NCBI RefSeq assembly: GCF_000485595.1
Contig: NW_014577070.1
Span: 434,432-498,431, forward strand
Origin: Priapulus caudatus
Taxonomy: Eukaryota
Reading direction: 5' to 3'
DNA: 64,000 bases
The notes beneath the pieces were generated by a model. It did no database searches and was not told the origin of the DNA. It saw nothing but the letters and a program-made list of their open reading frames with translations. The position numbers and the translations under genes are program-made. Positions 52,401-64,000 of this stretch are shown in pieces (positions within the stretch are counted from its first letter, which is position 1; the number at the start of each line of letters is the position of its first letter).

Positions 52401-53714
52401 CTTGGTCAGTGGTTCTCGAGTTTTGCGTGTGCGCGCAGTCGTGAGAGGAGGGGAGCGAAGAGAAGAGTCCGCATAGCCGCCGCGATTATTCCAAGGTTGC
52501 CGCCTCCGTTTACACTGTAGCCTAATCACGTTCAGTAGGTTCACGAATATGGAAATGTTTATATATTTTGTGAGGACATTAGCACTGCAAATTGTGAATT
52601 TAATCATTAGCACGTCCATTCCAGTGTGTAGTCTAGGCATCCGGATGCGGTCTCCGCCATGTCCCAAACACAGAACACGGGTCTTTATGTTTATTTTTTA
52701 TTTGTCATGAGAAATTTGGGAAGAATTGTCTATGCAGAAAAGTCGATAAAAATTGCTCTATTTTCATTTGCAAAAGCTATGAAGCTGGTTTTGTTGAGTT
52801 CGTTGGTAGGTAGCAGTGATGCTGAAGTGAGGGATATACGATATGTAGGTGCAGTGCAACGGCTGTCAGGGTACCAACTAAGCTGAATGTAACTTAATTG
52901 GTGCCTGGATGGTTGTATGCAGGCATAATGCATTATTTTGTTCACAGCAGAACCACCAGCTACCGTACCTGCGTATTTCTAGTCTTATTGTGTTCATTAA
53001 CGATCGCTTTGCACTTGCACAGACAGCATATCATGGTTGCCAGGTTAGCACTGGATGGAAAATGGAATACCAGACTGATATTACTGTATGTAGCCCACCA
53101 ATGTGAAAAAGCATTCTCGATATTTTATGCCAGTTGGTGTGTGGTGTGAAATAAAAGCTGTGTCGAGTACTTTTCTGCTTTACATGTATATTTTTACCAC
53201 AAAAATCATGTAATCATGTTCACAAAACGTATTTCCAGATACCTTGTCTCAGGTATAAGGGTGTGCATCAACAAGTACACAAAACCAACATTGAAAAAAG
53301 AGAAAATGAGCAAATCATGGTTGTTCGTGTGAAAAAATATCTAATAACATTTTGAACTTGTCAAGGACGAAAAATAAGAAGATGACAAATATGACTTGAT
53401 TTCCATACGGTACGGTTCCCCTTTTCGGCAGAGTAGCATCAAAACTCCCGGGCTGAGAAAGCCACTGGCGCCCTCTGCAATCTATTTCTGCATGATAATC
53501 TCACTGACGTACGCCTAAGATGCGCGTCTGAGCAGGTGGAAGCCAATACAGTGCCATCCTCCCTCCATAAAGTTTCTCACAGATTCTCACGTACTCGTAG
53601 TCCCCTTGCACCGCTCGGCGGGGGAATCCTGGCTCCCCCTGCAAGTGACGACGCGCAGCAGGGGAATCGTGGCTCCCCCTGCGGGCGATGACGCACCACG
53701 GTGCGTGCTCGGGA

Positions 53715-56700
53715 TCACAGGCCGATCGTGTAGGAGCGAGCGTTCGGGTTGTGTATGTCGGTCACCTGAGGGCTGGTGACGCACCACTCGTACCACACCT
53801 TCTGATGTTCCACCAGCCGCCAGAAGTGCACGTCGATGGTGCAGCCCTGCGTGAGATACATCGGCTCCTGCGTGGGGGGAAGGACGAAGGATCCATTACT
53901 ACCGCATACGTACATCTGTAGACATTACCCTCATATGAACTCTAAACATAAATGCTGTCCGATAGTTTTCATGCAGCCACCCTCCAAAATGCTAATTTCT
54001 GTGGTAATTCTATAGATATTACGCTCAGGTTGAAATAAGAATAGATTAACATTACTAAGAAATAGTAATAGTATGAATGTGAACTGTATTGAATCCTGGA
54101 CTAAATCTCTTTGCTTGGCACTTAACGCTTGGCATTATGCTACTTAAGATTGTACTACAAACAGCTGTTTTCAAACTGCCGTTATTTCTTCCACAGATAC
54201 TTTAACAATGTCAGCTACATAGGTTTCTGTGCGCACAGCTGTACACCTTTCAAAAGCTTACCCTAATGGGGAAAAAAGCCGGGAACCAGCTGAACATTCC
54301 ATCAGAGTGTGTCTCCGGCACAATACCTGCAGGCCAAACATATGCAAGCGATTGCAAAATCGGGTGAGACACCGGTGTAGCAATGACACGGGTTACAGCA
54401 ATAGCTATACGCACCCGCAATGAGGTGGATACATGGATGGATGGATGGATGGATGGATGGATGGATGGATGGATGGACGGATGGACTGGATGGATGGATG
54501 GATGGATGGATGGATGGATGGATGGATGGATGGACGGACGGACGGGTGGATGGGTGGATGGACGGACGGGTGCATGGATGGATGGATGGATGGGTGGACG
54601 GACGGGGGGGGTGGATGGATGGATGGATGGATGGACGGATGGATGGATGGATGATGGGAGGATGGATGGATGGATGGATGGATGATGGATGGATTGATGG
54701 ATGGATGGAATGATGGATGGATGATGGAGGAGGGATGGATGGATGGATGGATGGAAGGATGGATGGATGGATGATGGAGGATGGATGTGATGGATGGATT
54801 GGATGGATGGATGGAATGGATGGAGGATGGATGGAGGATGATGGATGGAATGGATGGATGTGATGGATTTGGAAAGAAAAAATGGATGGATGGATGGATG
54901 GATTGAGGATGGATGGGATGGATGGGATGGATGATGGAGGATGGATGGGATGGATGGATGGATGATGGATGGATGGAATGGATGGATTGGATGGATGGCA
55001 GATGGATGGATGGATGGGATGGATGAGATGGAATGGATGGATGGATGGACCTGGATGGATGGATGATGGATGGATGGATGGCATGGATGGATGGATGGAT
55101 GGATGGATGGCATGGATGGATGGAATGGATTATGGATGGATGGATGGATGATGGATGGATGGAATCGGATGGATGCGATGGATGGATGGATGGAGTGGAT
55201 GGAGATGGAGTGGATGGATTGGAGGATGGATGGATGGATGATGGATGATGGATTGGATGGATGGAATGATGGATGGAAAATTCTTTTGAAAATTGGGGAA
55301 ATTTGGATGGATGGATGGATGGATGGATGGATGCCGATGGATGGATGGATTGGATGGATGATGGAGGATTGGAGGATGGATGGATCGGATGCGATGGATG
55401 GATGATGGATGGATGGATGGATGGATGGAGGATGGATGGATGGATGGATGATGGAGGATGGATACAGGATGGATACATGATGGATGGATGGATGGGATGG
55501 GTGGGTGATCATGGATGGATGGATGGATGGATGAATGGATGGATGGATGGATGATGGATGGATGAATGGATGGATGGATGGGATGGATGGAGTTGGATGG
55601 ACTGGATGGATGGATGGATGGATGGATGGATGGATGGATGAATGGATGGCATGGATGGATGGATGGATGATGGAATGGATGGATGGGATGGATTTGGAGG
55701 ATGGATGGGATGGATGGATGGATGGATGGATGGGATGGATGGGATGGATGGACTGGATGATGGATGGATGATGGATGGATGTGACTACAGTGAATGGATG
55801 GGATGGACTACATGAATGAGATGGATGATGATGGATGGATGGATGGATGGATGGATGGATGGATGGATGGATGGATGGATTGATGGATGGATGGATGGAT
55901 GGATTGGATGGATGGATGGATGGATGGATTGGATGGATGGATGGATGATGGATGGATGGATGGATGGATGGATGGATGGATGGAGTGGATGGATCGAATG
56001 GATGGATGGAGGATTGGATAGGATTGGATGATGGATGATGGATGGATGGACTGGATGGATGGATGGACGACGGATGGAGGAGGGATGGATGGGTGGATAC
56101 ATGGATGGAACGGATGGATGGATGGATGGATGGATGGATGGATTGGATGGAGGATGGATGATGGATGGAGGGATGGATGGATGGATGGATGATGGATTGG
56201 ATGGAGGATGGATGCGATGGATGGGATGGATGGATGGATGGATGGATGGATGGATGATGGATGGATGGAATGGATGGATGAGATGGATGGATGGATACAT
56301 GAAGGATGGATGATTGGATGGATGGATAGATGAGTGGATGGATGGATGGATGGATGGAGTGATGGACGGATGAATGGATGGATGGATGGATGGATGGATG
56401 ATGGATGGACGGACGCACGACGACGGACGATGGCATGTGATGGATGGAGGATGGATGGATACATGGATGGATGAGGCATCGATGGCTGGATGGGGATGGA
56501 TGGATGGATGGATGGATGGATGGATGGATAGATGCGAACATGGGATGGATGGATGGATGGATGATGGATGGAGGATGGAGGAAGGATGGTGGATACAAGA
56601 ATGGATGGATAGATGGATGGATGGATGGATGGATGATGGAGGATGAATCGATGGATGGATGGATGGATGGATGATGGATGAGTGGATGGATGATGGATGG

Positions 56701-59700
56701 ATGGAATGGATTGACTGGATGGTGATGGATGATGGATGATGATTGATGATGGACTGGATGGATGATGGATGGATGGATGGATGGATGGATGGATGGATGG
56801 ATGATGGATGAATGGATGGAATGGATGGATGGGATGGATGGGTGGACTACATTGGGATGATGGACGGACGACCACGGACGGACGATGATAAATAGATGGG
56901 TGGATACATGGATGGATGGACGGATGGGTGGATGGATGGATGGATAGCTAGATGGATAGCCAGCCAGCCAGACAGATGGATAGATATAGATCCAATGGAA
57001 AGTAACTGTCAGTGTCTCCAATTTTAATTCTTCATCCAGGGTCAGTTAGAGCAAGGGACACGCATAGTGCAAGTGTATACACTCATCTCAGTAAGTAAAC
57101 ATTGTTTATACCAAAGTGAATGCATATACAGATATATACATACATATTAGAGGTTTAACAAATGACAAATTTGTCATTGTTAACCCCTGATATAATATAC
57201 TGGCTTGAGTGAGAATTAATAACAAATTCTGAGTGCACATCCTTAGACTAGGACTCCTTGGGTAATTCAAAGACCGGCAACGAGGGGTTAATACGTGACC
57301 CGCTGGGGGCGGAAGCAACGTTGATGACTCACTGAGCATGATGTCCTTGTAGAGCACCGTTTCGAAATATCCCGCAAAGCCGTGCAGAATACAGTTGTTG
57401 CTGCTAATGTCAAACTTCAGGCATCTGTATCGGCTATTATCAATCACAGAATCTGAAATGTACAATTGAGCACCCAGCAAATGAGAGAACGGCTACATTC
57501 TGTTCATTGCATGCCCTGTTCGTACAAGATCATTTCGAAATGTACAACCGAGCACCCAGACAGTAAGAGAACGTTTCTGTTCCGTGCATTGCCCTGTTCG
57601 TACAAGGTCATTTTGAAGCATAGCAGGTATCCGCACAGACCCTATTTCACAACAGTATTGTCTACATTTACAGTAACCACATAACGAATCCACAATGAAA
57701 TCCACAGTGACAATAGCCCCTGTCTTCTCTAAGCCACTCATTGTCAAAATCATGTTTTTACTAGACGTTTCCGAGTACTGGTTAATTGCAGTTATGTGCA
57801 ACGAAAGATTATGTGTGATTCCACTTCTTCATCTAGAAAGTGACAATGGGCCGGGATACTCCAAACAACAAAACAGACACGTTCAAAAAACCTGACTGTG
57901 CTCCAAACAGTCACGCTCACTGTTACCCGCTCTCAGTCTACACACACATCAGAACACATTCAGGGTGCCCCACCGCCACTCATCACCACATTAAACGTCA
58001 CTCGCGCCCGACTCGCGTATGCCGACGCTGCGTGACGTCAGAGCTCTCGCCTGCTCACCTCTGTTCGGATGTGTGAAGGTGAAGAGAGGCTGCGCTTTGA
58101 CGAGCACCAGTACTGCGGGTGCGCTTGTTGTGCAGCCGCACGATGTACGGCATCTCGAACGCCGTCTGAAACCGCAAGCCAGCGAGATGAGCGCACGACA
58201 CAATCGGTAATGTAGGAATCGGTAATGTAGCCGTACGAGGTGATCGCAAGCTAGCAATCTACTGTATTCCCTCGAATTAAACCCCGCGTTTATTGTTTTC
58301 GTCACATTCTAATGACCCGCGCCTATCAAGCATGCCTTATTCAGGTCATGGGGGCGTTTATTGTTTACTAGGCATGCTACACATCCGGTATTTTAATTTA
58401 TTTCCTTCGAATATATCTAGAGACAGGCCCTGTTATTTCGTGCAAAGAATCTGGCCAAAACAGTTTTCTTTGATGTTTTTTCACAGTTTTTGTTTAAGAC
58501 TCTGCGACGTTCCGCACCGCTTGTTACAGAAACACTGAAAGTAATTAAAAACTCGTTCAGAGAGAATCTCAACGGGCAGCGCAGGTCCCTGCGGCCAGCC
58601 AAGGACTTGCCCCCCCCCCGTCCATCAATTTCTGAATACGCACTAGTTACTGATCAACCACGGAACATTCATGCATTTGAGTGCACAGGGTTGAGACCCG
58701 GCGTTATTGATTAAAGTATGCTTAGCCCCCCCGCCCCCGGCCCTTACCAACATGCCTTTTATTCAAGCAGGGCTATTATACGAGGGAATACGGTATTAAT
58801 AAATTTATTATTATTAAATCTTTATTGCATATAATTTTAAGTATAGAAAATTAAAAACTAAAATTATCCATAATATAAGTAGGAATGTTATTAACTTGAA
58901 AATTAAAGTAAAAAATTAAAATTAAAAAAAATATTACATTGAGTAAAGCAATGGAAACGCAAGTCATGTGGTAGCCATGCTGATAGGGTTACATCCTAAA
59001 TACAATAATGTAACCCAACACAAGAGTAGGTGGGTGACCTTATTATATCTAATTACACACTAACTCTGTAAACTCTCACCTCTGGAGGTTTATTAAGAAG
59101 CCTTGACTGCCTGACTTCATTGTAGATTTTTGAGGACTGCAGTGGGCTCAGGTAGGAAGTATACGATTCAGGAATGCTGATACCATCATCTGAAAATAAA
59201 CAGAGAAACTCACTTTTCTCCACAATTCATCAAATTCAGCAAAGAAATCAACACAAGAAAATATCCCAGACCTTGGATAATTTTTTCAACAGATGGCAGC
59301 ACAATGCCAAACAACTTGCTTATATTGCTTACATACAGAATTCGGCAGCGATGACCTCTCCCCTCTCCCCCACCGAACAATCAATTCAAATTGCATTACA
59401 ATTTCACACAAAAACAACGCAACGACAAGAAATACAACAGTACAACAACACGACGCAGAGAAATAACATACAGATTTCTGCGGCCTCTCCCCCTCCTCTC
59501 CCTCACCCCACCGCATCCCCGCGTAGTAAGTACCTCGGAGAAACTTTTGCGCTCCGTCGAGGCACTCCGGCGAGAGCTCGTTGTCTCCGAACGAGCCGAG
59601 CAGCTCACTGATGAGGATGTCTGCCTTCTCCGGCGCATCCCACGAGCGCATGTCGCTGGAGACGACCGTCACCGCGTCGCCCCACAACTCATTCTTCATG

Positions 59701-60544
59701 TGCAGCAGCCTGCAGCGGCGGCAAATGGTCAACAACATGTTTGTAAACATCAACGACGACAAGGAAACTGTCACCATAATTAACTATCGTTAACATCAAC
59801 AACAAACAAATCGTCGATCTTCGATCCGTAATCGAACTCAACGCTTTATTCTCGCTATATTTATAGCTATGTACTCAACGTGCAAATTTAATCTCCCCCC
59901 GCCTGTCTACCATGCTGCGCGACAAAACACATGAACATGCACAGGTGGCGCTGCACACCGACTCACGTGATGACGGCGTTCGGGTTCTTCTCCACGGCGT
60001 AGATGTTCACCTTGCGGTCGGCGCTCTTCGCTGCCGCCAGGGCGGCGCTGACGAGCGGTCCTCTCCCCGCTCCGACGACCATCAGGACGCTGCGCACGGA
60101 CACGTGCGTCATTAGCAACGACGGTCGACCTCGTTAGCGACCGACGCGCCTAATTAACTAATAACTTGCTCGAGTCGATCGCGCGCAGCCGAGTGCAGGC
60201 TGAACGTACAACGTGTCGGTAGAATACCGCGGTCGGCTGTGTTGTAACTCGCACGCGCGCGCGTTTGCTTGTTTTTGAGAGGTGTGGACATTTCTGCGTA
60301 CTACAAAACTCTCATGCAAATATCTGCATAACAATAGAGCTGGTATTCAGCTGATGAGCTGGTGTCGGCTGGCTTTCATGCGCTTCACGTTATTTATGTG
60401 ATTTTCTTTTTCGTAAAACTATAGCAGTAGTCCTTGGGGGGAAAAGGGTTTGCCAATCTAACAAACGTCTAGTTGGTACACTCACATGTGTTTACTGTCT
60501 TTCTCCTCTTCAGGGACTCTATCCAATATGGCAAGGTGCATCGC
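53715..60544 (-). CDS. PRMT5: Protein arginine N-methyltransferase 5, C-terminal part (5' exons lie beyond the window end)
   Basis: Minus-strand exons 60486-60544 ([12 protein letters not shown]), 59967-60089 ([23 protein letters not shown]), 59534-59709 ([34 protein letters not shown]), 59080-59189 ([14 protein letters not shown]), 58059-58165 ([18 protein letters not shown]), 57333-57452 ([18 protein letters not shown]), 54262-54326 ([11 protein letters not shown]), 53715-53867 ([19 protein letters not shown]). SAM-binding GxGRG and double-E loop present. Confidence 0.97.
54433..56990. repeat. ~2.5-kb (GGAT)n tetranucleotide array in a PRMT5 intron
   Basis: Directly visible; source of all MDGW / HPSI ORFs. 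Confidence 0.97.
58262..58793. mobile_element. Tc1/mariner-pogo-type MITE with TA TSD
   Basis: TA|CTGTATTCCCTCG .. CGAGGGAATACGG|TA. Confidence 0.75.
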
Positions 60545-63264
60545 CTGCGGAAAAAGAAGAAATGAAACTTATAATATAATATAATATAATAAATTATATA
60601 TATAATTTTTATGTATTATTGTTGTTATTTATTGTTATATTATATTAATATAATTTTATATAAAATAACACATTTTCCGTCAACCTCGGATTTTCGGAGA
60701 CGTCACGCGTAACCACTCGTCATCTCTGAAAGAATTCAATCGCTGGCAGAGCCACGTCACGTATTCACACCCTAATTAAACAACTGCAGCCGGACTTCCC
60801 CCTCCCCTCCCCGTAACTCCACGCTACGCAGATGATCCCCACCGACGTTTCCTCACATCGCGCTTGCCTTCCGAGACGAGTGCGGAAAAACGCAGTTCGA
60901 TCAACGCGTCAACGTGACAGGAGACATTAACCGGACCCACGCGACGTGTTTGCGTGTACGTGAGAGACTTCATCAACCTTTACGTTAGATTCTGATCGAC
61001 GTCCCTACATTACCAGCACGAATGTCAGCTTCGTTCGACACTCCCGCCGAAAATCCGCTGCTAAAAGCATTCGGCAGAGAAAGTCGCAACGTCCGGAATT
61101 TTTACCTAATACGCGCCAGCTAGCAAAAATTTAATCCCCACGTAGCACCGACGTCGTCGTCGGTCTATTCGCACGCTTGTACGATAGAAATGGAGATCGG
61201 TGAGTGAGTGAATCACGGCGAAGCTCAAATACAACTAGCTCATCAACTCTAAAAATTGTTCGGCGCCAGCAGTATTTGAATAACGATTATTGCCGTGCGC
61301 ATCTGAACGAAATTTTGTTCGAGCCGCGTTGCTTGTAGTATTGTGTATTATTATTGTATTATCATGTATTATTATGTATTATTATTGTATTATTATGTAT
61401 TATTATGTATTATTATTGTATTATTATGTATTATTATTGTATTGTTGCGCAACGCAGTGAGATACGCGCAGGATGCAGGAATAAATATTACGATTCCCAA
61501 TAGCCGAGAATAGAGTTCTCGTACGCAAGTCACGATCTCAGTGTAGACATCGCGCGCTGCAAAATTAGCGCGACACGCGTACGTACGAGTCAACTACAGC
61601 TGGAAACGGTGATGGCTGACTGACTGACTGCCAGCGCAGATTTGTCAATCAATCAACTCTCATTCTCATTAATCAGCAGCAATACTCGCAGCAGGCGCAG
61701 CACCTACGGTTGTCATTTGCTGACGAAATGTCTCGACAAGAGACACTTAGATGTCAGATTGATTGCCTTGTATCGACAGCACGTAAGACTGACCAAACGA
61801 ACAACCCACTTCATCGGACACAACGCGAAGAGAAAAATCAATATTGGTATTTAAATTGACATCACTATTTCTGCGACCACGGAATATTCCTTGCGCGAAT
61901 GCAATAATGGGATGCGAACAGTTCTAGTCTAATCTAAACGCGACACTTTGAACTATGCAGCTATGAAACGATAACCTTATACTCATACACGCTACTCTCT
62001 ACGCTCACACTATATCAATGAATGCAAATGATCAATCTACGCATATGAAGGGAATGCCTAGCGTGTGTGTCTAGGGAAGCCTAGGGAAGCTGAAGGGAAT
62101 GTCTATCACAGCGCATTGCCTAGGTTTGTGGGTTTGCATAATGAGCTACTTAATAAAGGATTATCATTAGGCACAGGCAGAACCGTATATAGAGATATAC
62201 GGCTCTGGGCACAGGGTGCTCAGGGTAGAGTTTGTATAAGCCTCATTCAAGGAGTAAGCTTATACGGTGCCCAGTTTAATTATCAGGATGATGTGGGTTC
62301 CATGATTAAGCATTAGGATTAGATCATGGAGAGCTTTGGTTAAGGGTGCTTCACAACACCATATCCCTGAGCATGACCTGTTCGTTCGCTGACCTGACCG
62401 TTCGCTGGCTGTGCGTTGAATGCGCGGTGCATGCGCGGTGCATGCGCGGACCATTCGTTCCGTGCGCTAGCAACACGCTGTGCATTCGTTGGATTTTTTA
62501 ACATGTGTGCCCTGTATACGCGCAGCGTGCTAGCAACACGCTGTGCATTCGTTATCAACTCGCTAGCTTCTCCCAAATCCTGACAAAAGTTGGGCGCACA
62601 ACGACGCACTGATCTTATTTTCCATTTTTTGATTAATTTTCAATGCGCGGGCCGTGCGTCGCGTATGTGTGACTGGGCCGGATAACCGAATGGGACCAGA
62701 TTAATGATTTTAATGGAAATTACACGTATGTAAATCTGAACTCTGTATATCTGTAACTCTGTAACTCTGAAGACCTCTGGCACCATTAGGTGAATGAATT
62801 GACTAAAAGTGACGGTTATATGGGGAATGATCGAATTAATAAGTTGATAGATGTGACGTCACGGTTAAGGGGTGAAATTAAAACCTAACGAGAATATCGC
62901 GTGTATGGGCTATTGATCGAATTAATAAGTCGATAGATATGACGTCACGGGTAGGGGGCGTAATTAAAACCTAACGAGGTTATGGCGTGTTTAAATTGAT
63001 TATCGAATTAGGGCGCTCACATGTGTCGATAAACGCTGCTACGTAGCTACCTTCTTTGTGGTCCAGGTTTAATTTAGAACTGCCCCAGGTTTTAATGATG
63101 GTCTTGAGATTAAGTTGGGATTCGGGTTAGGTTATAGTTAGAGATAAGTTAGGGTAGTGGGTTAGAGTTAGGGATAAGGAGGGCTAATAGGGATAGACAT
63201 GTGGTCATGTTAGCAATGGGGTTGAGGGTCATGATTAGTGGTTAGGAGAAGAAGAATTAGGGAT

Positions 63265-63900
63265 AGGGTGATGACGACGACGACAACGACGACCCTACAT
63301 TGGCGTAGTAAAGAAGCACCGCTACACGACGACGACGATGATAATGGTGATGCTGACGACGACGACGACGACGATGACGATGATAATGGTGATGATGACG
63401 ATGACGACGATGATAATGGTGATGATGACGACAACAACGATGACAATGGTGATGATGACGACGACGACGACAACGACGACCCTACATTGGCATACTAAAG
63501 AAGCACCGCTACACGACGACGACGATGATAATGGTGATGCTGACGACGACGACGACGACGATGACGATGATAATGGTGATGATGACGATGACGACGATGA
63601 TAATGGTGATGATGACGACGACGACGACAACGACGACCCTACATTGGCATACTAAAGAAGCACCGCTACACGACGACGACGATGATAATGGTGATGATGA
63701 CGATGACGACGATGATAATGGTGATGATGACGACGACAACGATGAAAATGGTGATGATGACGACGACGACGATGACGACGACGATGATGCCGACGACGAC
63801 GACGACGACGACGACGATGATGATGGTGATGATGATGAAAATGGTGATGATTCTGCTGCTGCTGCTGCTGCTGATGATGATGATGACGATGACGATGCTT
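63265..63900. repeat. (GAC/GAT)n trinucleotide array with 3 higher-order units anchored by GACCCTACATTGGCATACTAAAGAAGCACCGCTACAC
   Basis: Anchor at ~63291, 63478 and 63635; lies inside a PRMT5 intron. Confidence 0.9.
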
Positions 63901-64000
63901 TACGTACCGGGGTCCCAAAGTGGCATTCCGCCCTCCCTCCACGTCACTAACCGCTGTCGTTAATATACTGACAGGCGAGATTCGCCGCGCAACATAGGAT

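Noticed and set aside
54250..57021. 923-aa HPSI-repeat ORF in frame with a PRMT5 exon
   Set aside because: (GGAT)n microsatellite; only 54262-54326 is a real exon, with its own AG acceptor.
63210..63963. Poly-Asp ORFs resembling acidic biomineralisation proteins
   Set aside because: Trinucleotide repeat whose higher-order units shift frame and contain stops; no signal peptide or splice support.

Overview
Eukaryotic (invertebrate-metazoan-like; species not determinable from sequence alone) intron-rich draft-assembly window with two N gaps and several error-rich, long-read-like stretches. Five conserved genes were reconstructed exon by exon: WDR24 (GATOR2 subunit, +), cytosolic ENGase (GH85, +), POMGNT2 (GT61, -, single coding exon), a VAT1-like MDR/quinone oxidoreductase (+) and the 3' part of PRMT5 (-, continuing beyond the window). 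Introns contain microsatellites, 20-90 bp minisatellites, MITEs with 5-, 7- and 8-bp and TA target-site duplications, a nested palindromic MITE pair and Helentron-type non-autonomous elements. The most notable observations are scrambled and duplicated WDR24 exons (probably misassembly), an empty/filled transposon site pair, and recurrent tandem duplications of splice-site edges whose extra copies often lack the GT/AG. I found no convincing novel multi-gene system. The long low-complexity ORFs are artefacts of repeats.
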